Assembly (NCBI GenBank): GCA_038245435.1
Contig: JBBRSL010000001.1
Location: 1-59,897, forward strand
Source of the DNA: Candidatus Saccharimonadales bacterium
Lineage (GTDB): Bacteria > Patescibacteriota > Saccharimonadia > Saccharimonadales > CAIOMD01
Direction: 5' to 3'
DNA: 59,897 bases
Made by a program: the position numbers and the translations under genes. The notes below the pieces were generated by a model that worked only from the letters and a program-made list of their open reading frames with translations, had not been told where the DNA came from and searched no databases. Positions within the stretch are counted from its first letter, which is position 1. Each line of letters opens with the position of its first letter. Shown here piece by piece: positions 36,903 through 45,753 of the stretch.

Positions 36903-37784
36903 ATGCCAGAGTTGCCAGAAGTTGAAACGGTGCGGGTGGGCCTGCAGCGATTGTTGCCGGGCCGCTTTGTTGCGGGCGTCGACTTTGATTGGCCCAAAGG
37001 ATTTCCAAACGCCCCAAGCGATGTAAAAGCTTTTTTCGTAGATGCCGAAATCATAGCCGTGCGTCGTCGTGCAAAAGTTTTGATGATTGATTTGAGCACT
37101 CAGTATAGCCTCGTGATTCATTTAAAAATGACAGGGCAGTTAGTGTTTCGAGGGGCAGAGAACTTTGGTGCGGGGCATCCTAATGAGAGCTTAATTGGTG
37201 AATTACCCGATAAATCAACGCGAGTAACAATTTCGTTCAAGGATGGTTCGAAGCTGTTCTTCAATGATCAGCGTAAATTTGGGTGGGTACGTTTAATGCC
37301 TACTATCGAGATTCCAAATATTGATTTCATGAAAAAAGTAGGCCCTGAGCCGCTTGAGAAAGCTTTCACTTATCTGGTATTTATTGATAGGCTTATGCGC
37401 CGTAAAAATAGTAATATTAAGGCAGTGATTCTAGATCAAACAGTGCTGGCGGGAGTCGGTAATATTTATGCCGATGAATCATTATTCGCTGCCAAAATTC
37501 ACCCAACTAGCATCGTGAATGCTATCCCTAAAAGTAAACTTATAGACTTGCACCGTGAGCTTGTCGCCGTGTTGAAGTTGAGTATCGAAAAAGGTGGCTC
37601 AACAGATAGAAACTACGTTAATGCTGAAGGTAAACGGGGTAGTTATATTGATTTCGCAAAAGTGTTCCGGCGCGAAAAACTAGCATGCCCGGTATGCGGC
37701 CGCGAAATAAGCAAAACAAAAGTTGCCGGCCGTGGTACGCACACGTGTGAACATTGCCAAAAGAAATATGGAGTAGCAAAGTGA
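36903..37784 (+). CDS. mutM: formamidopyrimidine-DNA glycosylase
   Basis: N-terminal MPELPEVE, an H2TH region and a C-terminal zinc finger CPVCGREI...CEHCQ. Confidence 0.9.
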   Translation: MPELPEVETVRVGLQRLLPGRFVAGVDFDWPKGFPNAPSDVKAFFVDAEIIAVRRRAKVLMIDLSTQYSLVIHLKMTGQLVFRGAENFGAGHPNESLIGELPDKSTRVTISFKDGSKLFFNDQRKFGWVRLMPTIEIPNIDFMKKVGPEPLEKAFTYLVFIDRLMRRKNSNIKAVILDQTVLAGVGNIYADESLFAAKIHPTSIVNAIPKSKLIDLHRELVAVLKLSIEKGGSTDRNYVNAEGKRGSYIDFAKVFRREKLACPVCGREISKTKVAGRGTHTCEHCQKKYGVAK

Positions 37785-38701
37785 TAATTTCTTTTATTGG
37801 CGATAATTCTTTTGCGCGCGAAAAAGCAGCTCGTGAGTTTACCGATGGCTTTATTGGTGCCCACGGTACCCATGCGGTCGACCGGTTTATTGCAACAGAT
37901 ATCGAGCTCGATACGCTGAGCGGGGCAGTAACTACAATGCCATTCTTGTCACAGCGTCGCTTAATAATTGTGCGCGATATTAGCGCCAACAAAATGATTG
38001 CCGAGCGGTTTGAAGATATCTTGCAGCAAACAGCCGATACGAGCGATTTGGTTGTTATTGAATCGCACATTGATGGGCGCAGTAAATACCTACAAATTTT
38101 GCGTAAAATGACCGATTGTCGTGAGTTTGCACAACTTGACGGTGGCGAGCTTGCCGGTTGGATTGTGTCGCACGTAAAAGAACTGGGTGGTGCCATACAA
38201 CATGGTGATGCTCAATATTTGGTAGAGCGTGTAGGCAATAATCAACAACTCGTGAGCCAAGAGATCGATAAACTCCTCCTCTATAGCGAAACAGTTAGCA
38301 GAGAAACTATCGATAAACTAACCGAATATACCCCCCAAAGTAGTATTTTTGCCATGCTCGAAGCAGCTTTTGGGGGCGATATTAAAAATGCGCTTGGTTT
38401 ATACGAAGAACAGCGAGCACAAGGCATGGAACCGCAAGCGATACTTGGCATGATTGCCTGGCAGCTTCATATTTTGGCGCTCGTAAAGACTGGGCAGGAT
38501 AAAGGCCCAGCTGCACTTGCCAGCGCAGCTAAACTAAATCCGTTTGTGGTACGAAAAAGTATGGCCATTACGCGTAGTCTGAGTTTTTCTGACCTTTCTG
38601 ACCTTTTAGAACTTGCAACAAATACTGACTACAAACTTAAAACCAGCAAAATGAATGCCGATGCGGCAGTGAGTGCACTACTTTTGGCATGCGCCAAGTA
38701 A
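37781..38701 (+). CDS. holA: DNA polymerase III delta subunit
   Basis: GTG at 37781 overlaps the mutM TGA (GTGA). It shows the delta-subunit pattern (PFLSQRRLIIVRD, EIDKLLLY). Confidence 0.7.
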   Translation: MIISFIGDNSFAREKAAREFTDGFIGAHGTHAVDRFIATDIELDTLSGAVTTMPFLSQRRLIIVRDISANKMIAERFEDILQQTADTSDLVVIESHIDGRSKYLQILRKMTDCREFAQLDGGELAGWIVSHVKELGGAIQHGDAQYLVERVGNNQQLVSQEIDKLLLYSETVSRETIDKLTEYTPQSSIFAMLEAAFGGDIKNALGLYEEQRAQGMEPQAILGMIAWQLHILALVKTGQDKGPAALASAAKLNPFVVRKSMAITRSLSFSDLSDLLELATNTDYKLKTSKMNADAAVSALLLACAK

Positions 38702-38725
38702 CTAGAATCTTGAACATTAAACAAT

Positions 38726-38755
38726 AAAAGAAAAACTGCCCAGCAAAGGGCAGTT
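38726..38755 (-). terminator. intrinsic terminator of rpsT
   Basis: aactgccc-tttgct-gggcagtt followed by tttttcttt on the minus strand. Confidence 0.65.
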
Positions 38756-38782
38756 ACGTAATACGAAAATACGTATTGCTAG

Positions 38783-39169
38783 TTATTTCTTAGTAGCTGG
38801 TTTCTTTGCAGCAGGCTTTTTAGCTGGAGCCGCCTTTTTAACAGGGGCTTTCTTGGCTGCTGGCTTTGCAGCAGGCTTTTTAGGTGCAGCTTTGGCAGTG
38901 CTTTTAACACCAGCTTTTTTAGCAGCAGCGCTGAGCTGAGCTTTTTTGCGAGCAGCTTTGTTCTTGTGTAGAACATTCTTTTTTGCAGCAGTATCAATAG
39001 CACTGTTGGCTTTTTTGTGAGCTGCTTCTACTTCGCTTGCTTTGCCACCAGCAATAGCAGTTGTAAATGCTTTTACAGCTTCGCGCAGAGTGCGCTTAGT
39101 TTTTGCATTACGCACAGTAGCTTTGCTGCTAACTTTTACGCGTTTTTTTGCGGATTTGATAATCGGCAT
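38783..39169 (-). CDS. rpsT: 30S ribosomal protein S20 with Ala/Lys/Pro-rich C-terminal extension
   Basis: MPIIKSAKKRVKVSSKATVRNAKTKRT... is canonical S20 for about 85 aa. It is followed by about 45 aa of AKKPAAK-type repeats. Confidence 0.9.
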   Translation of the reverse strand: MPIIKSAKKRVKVSSKATVRNAKTKRTLREAVKAFTTAIAGGKASEVEAAHKKANSAIDTAAKKNVLHKNKAARKKAQLSAAAKKAGVKSTAKAAPKKPAAKPAAKKAPVKKAAPAKKPAAKKPATKK

Positions 39170-39315
39170 AGTGTCTTAATCGTCCTTTTTAGGGTTATTG
39201 AAATGTCAATTTGCAATTATAGCCTAAAAATCCTTTTTTTACCAGAGTGATGCTTGCGAAATCAAAGTTATTATGGTAATCTGACCTCTATAAAGCCTTA
39301 AAAAGAAAAAACAAA

Positions 39316-41067
39316 ATGGAATCAAACCCTAAAACCCAGGTAGTTGAACGCTTAAAAGAAGCACAAAATGTGCTGGTAACGGTTAGCGCGAATCCAAGCG
39401 TTGATCAGCTAGCCGCCGCCATTGGTTTTACGCTGATGATGAACAAACTGGGCAAGCATGCAACGGCTGTATTTAGTGGTAACGTGCCAAGTACGCTTGA
39501 GTTTTTGAAGCCAGAGGCAACACTTGAACAAAACACTGACAGTCTACGAGATTTTATTATTTCACTCGATAAAGCTAAAGCCGACAAGCTGCGTTATAAA
39601 GTTGAAGATGATTTTGTAAAAATATTCATTACTCCATATCGAACGAGTTTAACGAGTGATGACCTTAATTTTAGCCAGGGCGATTTTAACGTTGATGTTG
39701 TGATGGCGCTTGGCGTGGATCAACGCGACCACGTTGATCAAGCGATTTTAGAACACGGCCGAATTTTGCACGACGCTACTGTTATTGGGGTAATGGCTGG
39801 GCCAAACCAAGTTGACGTTGGTAGCATTAATTGGCAGGATCCTGCAGCGAGTAGTTTATGCGAAATGCTTGTGAGCATTAGTGAATCATTTCAGAGCGGT
39901 CTACTTGATGGCCAAATGGCAACTGCATATCTTACTGGTATCGTTGCCGAAACAGAACGCTTTAGTAACGACAAAACAAGCCCGAAGGTTATGACCATGA
40001 GCGCCCAACTTATGGCAGCCGGCGCCAACCAGCAGCTTATTGCAACGCAACTTACACAGGCAGAACCTGAGTTCTCAGCAGATTTGCCAGCACCAGTAGA
40101 ATACGGAGAACCATCTGACCCGAACGAAGCGGTGCTCGATTTACACCATGAAGATGATGATATCCATATCGATGAACACGGACAAATGGAGACGCACGAA
40201 GAACTAGCTCAGGCCGTGAATGATGTACAGCAAACTGCTTCGAACTCGCACAGAATTATTGAACCACTACATGACGGACACGAGCAACAAGCGGAGCCAA
40301 CGCAACCTGCTGAGCCGGTGCAAGAAACGAGCCGCTATATTTATGAACCACCATCAAATGGCGGTACATTAACCGCAAGCGGGCAACCAGAAAACTTTGA
40401 TCCGAGTACCGACCCGATGAGCGCGACTCCTCAATATAATCTCAATACTCAAGAACACGAAAAGTCAGTTGTTTCACCGCTGTTAGGAGTTACGGATGAT
40501 GCCGAATCAGTACAAGCACCAAGCATGCCTTCTACCGAAACTCCACTGTTATCGTCTGATGGTGAGACCGACCAGAACCCTGTATCGGAGCCTGATCCAA
40601 ATGCAGATATACCCGCAGCGAGTGACGATGTAGAGTCAGATATCCCAGTTATCGATAAACTCGGGCCTGAAGTACATGCACAAGATACATTAGCTGATAT
40701 TGAAAATGCCGTACAAGATTTTAGCGGTACTGCACCGCATCCAGCTTCGGAACCAGATCTGAATGCTGATGCCGCTCGACAAGCCGTCATGGACGCGGTG
40801 CAGGCAGGTGGGTTTGATGCAAATCGTCCTGATCCAATACAGGCTTTAAACGCCCAAGAATTTATCGAAACTCCAGCTCCACAGTTTGAAAGTCCTGCTC
40901 CTGTAGCAGAGCCAACTGCAGAACCGATTATCGAACCTACCGTGCCGCCATCTGTACCAGAGATATCTCCAGATGCGCCACCAAGCGTGCCGCCACCAAT
41001 GTTGCCGCAGTTCCCAATTCCGGGTGCTGAAGTTTACGAACCAGATCAAGATCCAAAAAATCAGTAG
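39316..41067 (+). CDS. DHH-family phosphoesterase homolog with degenerate catalytic motifs and a long acidic/Pro-rich tail
   Basis: The N-terminal 240 aa follow the NrnA/DHH-DHHA1 layout (VTVSANPSVDQLAAAIGF..., ATAYLTGIVAETERFSN), but the DxD and DHH positions are replaced. The C-terminal 330 aa or so is low-complexity and rich in D, E, P, Q and A. Confidence 0.4.
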   Translation: MESNPKTQVVERLKEAQNVLVTVSANPSVDQLAAAIGFTLMMNKLGKHATAVFSGNVPSTLEFLKPEATLEQNTDSLRDFIISLDKAKADKLRYKVEDDFVKIFITPYRTSLTSDDLNFSQGDFNVDVVMALGVDQRDHVDQAILEHGRILHDATVIGVMAGPNQVDVGSINWQDPAASSLCEMLVSISESFQSGLLDGQMATAYLTGIVAETERFSNDKTSPKVMTMSAQLMAAGANQQLIATQLTQAEPEFSADLPAPVEYGEPSDPNEAVLDLHHEDDDIHIDEHGQMETHEELAQAVNDVQQTASNSHRIIEPLHDGHEQQAEPTQPAEPVQETSRYIYEPPSNGGTLTASGQPENFDPSTDPMSATPQYNLNTQEHEKSVVSPLLGVTDDAESVQAPSMPSTETPLLSSDGETDQNPVSEPDPNADIPAASDDVESDIPVIDKLGPEVHAQDTLADIENAVQDFSGTAPHPASEPDLNADAARQAVMDAVQAGGFDANRPDPIQALNAQEFIETPAPQFESPAPVAEPTAEPIIEPTVPPSVPEISPDAPPSVPPPMLPQFPIPGAEVYEPDQDPKNQ

Positions 41068-41070
41068 TAG

Positions 41071-41766
41071 TTAATCTTTGTACGTGTAGAAGTATTCTTC
41101 ACGGGAAGGCATAGATTCAGCCCGCTCTATGAGCATTTCTGCGTCAGCTCGTTGGCTTTTATGCGCCCGCATAATTTCTTTTTTTTGTTCAAAAACAGAG
41201 GTAATGTCACTGATAATATCGATTTCTTTAGCGCTTCGGCCCTTAGATCGAAATACAAAACTGGTATCTGCATGGGGGAGCATTTTTTCGCTTACACAGG
41301 TATAGCGCAATTCTTTAAAGCGCTTGTCTTGTGCTCGTAGTGCAACAAATACAAATGTTGCGACATAACTCATAACTATGTGATCTATGTGGCCAGAAAT
41401 ACCATTCTGATCCATAGTTACGAAAGTGAATTCAGTTTTTTCGCCATATTCCTGAGTAATTGATTCGACAATTGCTTTGCAATCATCAGCAATCTGGCGA
41501 AAATAATAATTGTTCAGTTCACCGTCTAAGTACCACAACTGATGCTGTGTTTTTGCGCCGAGTAATTTTCCGGCTTCGAGCCATTCTTCGTTACGAACTT
41601 CGCCGAGTTCTTCATGATCATCGGGGTTGCTGCCACTTTGGCCAGCTGTTGCACAGATTAAATGTACGTCTGCTCCGTTTGCGATTTCGAGAAGCAGGGT
41701 ACCGCTTGGGCCAAAAGATTCGTCGTCTGGGTGGGCAAATATGCCAATAATAACTTTTTTACTCAT
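41071..41766 (-). CDS. PIG-L/LmbE family deacetylase
   Basis: MSKKVIIGIFAHPDDESFG is the PIG-L signature and HxDH (GHIDHIV) follows later. The longer ORF to 41955 overlaps truB and has no support. Confidence 0.75.
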   Translation of the reverse strand: MSKKVIIGIFAHPDDESFGPSGTLLLEIANGADVHLICATAGQSGSNPDDHEELGEVRNEEWLEAGKLLGAKTQHQLWYLDGELNNYYFRQIADDCKAIVESITQEYGEKTEFTFVTMDQNGISGHIDHIVMSYVATFVFVALRAQDKRFKELRYTCVSEKMLPHADTSFVFRSKGRSAKEIDIISDITSVFEQKKEIMRAHKSQRADAEMLIERAESMPSREEYFYTYKD

Positions 41767-41788
41767 TCGCATATTGTACAATGCACGA

Positions 41789-42475
41789 GTGATAGAAGGC
41801 ATACTTTTAATTGATAAACCCGAAGGCATCAGTAGTTTTGGTGTCGTTGCAAAAGTGCGTGGTTGCGCAAAAGTGCTAACGGGCATTAAGAAGATTAAGG
41901 TCGGCCATAGCGGCACGCTCGACCCAGCCGCAACCGGCCTACTAGTTATTGCCATCGGTAGTTATACCAAGCGCATACCTGAACTTATAAAAAAAGATAA
42001 AACCTACGAAGTGACCATGCACCTAGGGCAAACAAGTACTACTGCTGACAAAGAAGGTGAAATAACTGTAGTATCTGACACTGTGCCGACAAAAAATGAG
42101 CTTGAGACTGCTCTACAGGCCTTTGTGGGCGATATTATGCAGACACCACCCATATTTAGTGCTATTAAAGTAAACGGCCAGAGAGCCTATGATTTAGCAC
42201 GCAAAGGCAAGTCGGTGACTATGCAACCGCGCCCAGTGACCATATATAGCAACGAGCTTACTTCTTACGAATACCCATTCGTGAAATTCATAAGTAAAGT
42301 CGGCAGTGGTACCTATATCCGTAGTTTAGTAGAAGATGTAGGCAAAGAACTCGGTACCGGCGCTTACATGAGTGACCTCCGCCGCACGCAAGTAGGGAAA
42401 TTTGATATTAATGGTGCGGTTACGCTCGAACAAATCAATCCTGAATCTCTTGAGCCATTTTTGATTACTTTTTAA
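41789..42475 (+). CDS. truB: tRNA pseudouridine(55) synthase
   Basis: GILLIDKPEGISSF, KVGHSGTLDPAATGLL (catalytic Asp), GSGTYIRSL. Start is GTG 41789 (or TTG 41774). Confidence 0.85.
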   Translation: MIEGILLIDKPEGISSFGVVAKVRGCAKVLTGIKKIKVGHSGTLDPAATGLLVIAIGSYTKRIPELIKKDKTYEVTMHLGQTSTTADKEGEITVVSDTVPTKNELETALQAFVGDIMQTPPIFSAIKVNGQRAYDLARKGKSVTMQPRPVTIYSNELTSYEYPFVKFISKVGSGTYIRSLVEDVGKELGTGAYMSDLRRTQVGKFDINGAVTLEQINPESLEPFLITF

Positions 42476-42485
42476 GTCTCTGTAC

Positions 42486-42514
42486 TTGCAAAAGTGGTCG
42501 GTATCTGATAGAAT
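42486..42514 (+). promoter_or_regulatory. promoter TTGCAA-17-TAGAAT upstream of rpsO
   Basis: Hexamers at 42486-42491 and 42509-42514. Confidence 0.5.
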
Positions 42515-42570
42515 ACTTCGTAACGCCATCAAATCTCTTTATTAACGATAACGATTAAAGGACAACTGAA

Positions 42571-42837
42571 TTGATTTCGACCGCTAAAAAAGCCGATCTA
42601 GTAAAGACACACCAAAAGGGTGCAACAGACACTGGTTCACCTGAAGTACAAGTGAGTATTATGACTGCTCGTATTACTGAAATTACCGAGCACCTTAAGG
42701 TGAACAAGCATGACTTTATGGCTCGCCGTGGTTTGCTACAACTTGTAGGCAAGCGCCGCCGCCAACTTAAGTACTTGGCCGCTCAAGACGAACAAGCTTA
42801 CTTAGACCTCATCGCAAAACTTGGCATCCGCCGTTAG
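42571..42837 (+). CDS. rpsO: 30S ribosomal protein S15
   Basis: TTG start follows [33 protein letters not shown]...[18 protein letters not shown]. Confidence 0.9.
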   Translation: MISTAKKADLVKTHQKGATDTGSPEVQVSIMTARITEITEHLKVNKHDFMARRGLLQLVGKRRRQLKYLAAQDEQAYLDLIAKLGIRR

Positions 42838-42851
42838 TTTTTAGACCGCGA

Positions 42852-42874
42852 GGCTACAAAAACCTTTTGTAGCC
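42852..42874 (+). promoter_or_regulatory. rpsO-pnp intergenic hairpin (attenuator / processing site)
   Basis: ggctacaaaa-acc-ttttgtagcc, a 10-bp stem with no T-run. It sits where rpsO-pnp operons usually carry an RNase III/terminator hairpin. Confidence 0.45.
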
Positions 42875-43002
42875 GAATCTATCTAAAAAGTAGAACCGGC
42901 TTTATACTGTAAGTACATATAAAACCAAAGGTGATAGAGCACAGCTATGCAAAATATGCATACCTGAACCCTGTCACCTTGGTAAAACGAAAGGACTCTT
43001 CT

Positions 43003-45120
43003 ATGGGGCAAATCATTAACCCATTAGGTAAAAAAATAACAAAAGTCGAAACTGACTTTTTAGGCAAAACTCTCACGTTTGAAATTAATCGTCTTGGTTT
43101 TCGAACTAGTGCATCTGTTTTGGTAACGTACGGTGAAACTGTCGTGCTCGGCACGGCTATGGTAAGCCCAAAGCGCCTCAGTGGCTTTGACTACTTTCCA
43201 CTCAGCATCGATTACGAAGAAAAAATGTATGCAGCTGGCAAAATCAGCGGTAGTCGTTTTATCAAGCGCGAAGGTCGCCCAAGCGATGATGCTATCCTCA
43301 TCGGTCGTTTAATCGATCGCCCAATTCGCCCACTATGGCCAAAAGGCTATCGTCACGAAGTACAAGGCGTGGCTAGCGTATTAAGTCTCGACCCAACCTT
43401 CCGCCCAGATATGATTGCCATGATTGCTTTGAGCGCTGCATTTAGCCTCACCGGTGCACCATTTGATGGCCCCGTTGCCGGTTTGCGCGTTGGTGTTGTT
43501 GATGGCAAGTTTCAGGCATTTTTGTCTGCCGAAAGCTATGACACAGGTGATTTAGATCTCGTTGTCGCTGGTACCGAAAATGGTGTCATGATGGTTGAAG
43601 CTGGTGCAAGTGAAGTCAGCGAAGAGCTCGTTGCCGACGCTATCGCCTGGGCATTTGACGCAATGCAACCAGCTATTAAGCTCCAAAAAGAGCTTGTGAA
43701 AAAAGTCGGTGTGACCGCACAAGAATTTGAACTTGATTTACCGAACGATGAAATCCAAACAACCGTTAACACATGGGTTGATGGCAAGCTTGGCCACAAT
43801 ATTCGTGCACCGTATCCAGAACGTAATGATTTAGTGAATGCGCTTCGCAATCAGTTTCATGATGCTATGGAAGACACGATTGGCGAAAACTACGCAGAAC
43901 ACAAGAATGAATATGACGAAGCCTTTACACTTGCCGTGCACAAAGATGTACGCGCCGGTATTATCAAAGACAATATTCGCCCAGACGGTCGTAAACTAAC
44001 CGAAATCCGTACTCTTAGTAGCGAAGTTGGTATTTTGCCACGCGTGCACGGTAGTAGCATCTTTACTCGAGGCCTTACACAAGCTTTGAACATTGTGACG
44101 CTTGCACCGCTTAGCTACGCCCAAATGGTAGATACTATGGAAAAAGAAGGCGAACGCCGCTATTTCCACCACTATAATGCTCCTGGCTACACTGTTGGTG
44201 AAGTTAAGCGACTTGGTTCACCAGGCCGCCGCGAAATTGGCCATGGCTACCTCGCCGAACGCGCACTTGCAGCAGTTTTGCCAAGCGAAGTCGAGTTCCC
44301 ATATACGATTCGAACCGTAACCGAAATTATGAGCCAAAACGGGAGCACCAGCATGGCCGCTACTTGTAGCAGCACATTGGCATTACTTGATGCTGGCGTG
44401 CCTCTCAAAGCTCCTGTGAGCGGTATCGCTATGGGCCTTATGGTCGAAGGTGATAAAACCTTTATTTTAAGCGATATTGCCGACGCTGAAGACTTTGCAG
44501 GGGATATGGACTTTAAGGTGACCGGTACTTCAAAAGGCATCACGGCTATTCAGATGGACATGAAAGTTCATGGTTTGCCAACGGATGTTCTTAGGGCTGC
44601 ACTTTTGCAGGGTAAAGATGGCCGAGCTTTTATTTTAGAGCACATGATGACCACTATTTCTGAACCACGAGCCGACCTAAGCCCATATGCACCACGAGTC
44701 GTTTCAATATCAATTAACCCAGACAAGATTCGCGACGTTATTGGTAAGGGTGGCGAGACCATTAACAAGATTATCGCTGAAACTGGCGCTGATATTGATA
44801 TTAAAGATGATGGTACGGTATTTATTTCGAGCCCCGACAAGACCAGTATTGACGCAACGATTAAGTGGATTGAAAGCCTTACCGAAGAACCTGAAGTTGG
44901 CAAGATTTACACGGGTAAAGTTGTGAAGATTATGGACTTTGGCGCATTCGTAAACATCATGCCAGGCACTGATGGTATGGTGCATGTCAGTGAAATGGCT
45001 GACGAACGCGTTGAACACCCGAGTGATGTTGTGCACGAAGGCCAAGACGTTGACGTGAAACTTGTGGCTATTGATGATCGCGGACGCTTACAGCTCAGCA
45101 TGAAAGCAGCCAAGAAATAG
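43003..45120 (+). CDS. pnp: polyribonucleotide nucleotidyltransferase (PNPase)
   Basis: ATG at 43003 follows AAAGGA. Two RNase PH domains, KH (GKGGETINKI) and S1 (GKVVKIMDFGAFV). Confidence 0.95.
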   Translation: MGQIINPLGKKITKVETDFLGKTLTFEINRLGFRTSASVLVTYGETVVLGTAMVSPKRLSGFDYFPLSIDYEEKMYAAGKISGSRFIKREGRPSDDAILIGRLIDRPIRPLWPKGYRHEVQGVASVLSLDPTFRPDMIAMIALSAAFSLTGAPFDGPVAGLRVGVVDGKFQAFLSAESYDTGDLDLVVAGTENGVMMVEAGASEVSEELVADAIAWAFDAMQPAIKLQKELVKKVGVTAQEFELDLPNDEIQTTVNTWVDGKLGHNIRAPYPERNDLVNALRNQFHDAMEDTIGENYAEHKNEYDEAFTLAVHKDVRAGIIKDNIRPDGRKLTEIRTLSSEVGILPRVHGSSIFTRGLTQALNIVTLAPLSYAQMVDTMEKEGERRYFHHYNAPGYTVGEVKRLGSPGRREIGHGYLAERALAAVLPSEVEFPYTIRTVTEIMSQNGSTSMAATCSSTLALLDAGVPLKAPVSGIAMGLMVEGDKTFILSDIADAEDFAGDMDFKVTGTSKGITAIQMDMKVHGLPTDVLRAALLQGKDGRAFILEHMMTTISEPRADLSPYAPRVVSISINPDKIRDVIGKGGETINKIIAETGADIDIKDDGTVFISSPDKTSIDATIKWIESLTEEPEVGKIYTGKVVKIMDFGAFVNIMPGTDGMVHVSEMADERVEHPSDVVHEGQDVDVKLVAIDDRGRLQLSMKAAKK

Positions 45121-45149
45121 ACGTTAGGTATTTGACGTTGGACGTTAGA
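45118..45149 (+). repeat. heptad-register array of GACGTT(A/G)G words starting at the pnp stop codon
   Basis: tagacgttagg tatttg gacgttg gacgttag, with copies at 45120, 45134 and 45141 (offsets 14 and 7). It shares the 9-mer gacgttgga with the hairpin after ftsK. Confidence 0.7.
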
Positions 45150-45159
45150 AATAACTGCA

Positions 45160-45738
45160 ATGACACAGACGAAACAAGAACTTCTTGATCAGATTAGGGC
45201 AGATATCCTTGAACAAGATATCTGCTCAGATTTGGCCAAGCAGGCCACGAACCTGGTTTTCGGAGACGGAAATCCAAATGCCGACATTGTGATTATTGGC
45301 GAAGCGCCCGGCAAGCGCGAAGATGAGCAGGGCGCTCCTTTTGTTGGGGCCAGCGGCAAGTTTTTAGCCGAAATGCTCGCCAGTATAAATATGCGGCGCG
45401 AGCAAGTGTACATTACCAATATCGTTAAGTATCGGCCGCCAAACAATCGCGACCCATTACCGGACGAAAAAGCAGCTTTTTTACCATTTTTAGAGCGCCA
45501 GCTCGATGTTATTCAACCACTATTAGTTGTGACATTAGGCCGGCACTCTATGAACTGCTTTTTACCGGGCTTACAAATAAGTGAGGTTCATGGAGAGCCT
45601 AAACGAAAAGGCGACAGGGTATTTCTACCACTTTACCATCCAGCCGCAGCTCTCTATAACGGAGGTTTGCGACAGACATTGGTTGAGGATTTTCAGAACA
45701 TACCCCAGACCCTCCAATTAATTAGAAAAAGAAAGTAA
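45160..45738 (+). CDS. uracil-DNA glycosylase, family 4
   Basis: IIGEAPGKREDEQGAPFVGASGKFL and the HPAAAL motif. Confidence 0.85.
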   Translation: MTQTKQELLDQIRADILEQDICSDLAKQATNLVFGDGNPNADIVIIGEAPGKREDEQGAPFVGASGKFLAEMLASINMRREQVYITNIVKYRPPNNRDPLPDEKAAFLPFLERQLDVIQPLLVVTLGRHSMNCFLPGLQISEVHGEPKRKGDRVFLPLYHPAAALYNGGLRQTLVEDFQNIPQTLQLIRKRK

Positions 45739-45753
45739 AGGATTAACTAAATT

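Noticed and set aside
41627-41955. Long N-terminal extensions of the truB ORF (from 41627) and of the PIG-L deacetylase ORF (to 41955) that overlap each other
   Set aside because: The conserved N-termini of both families begin at the internal starts (GILLIDKP near 41789 ; MSKKVIIGIFAHPDDE at 41766). The extensions are mutually antisense and featureless.
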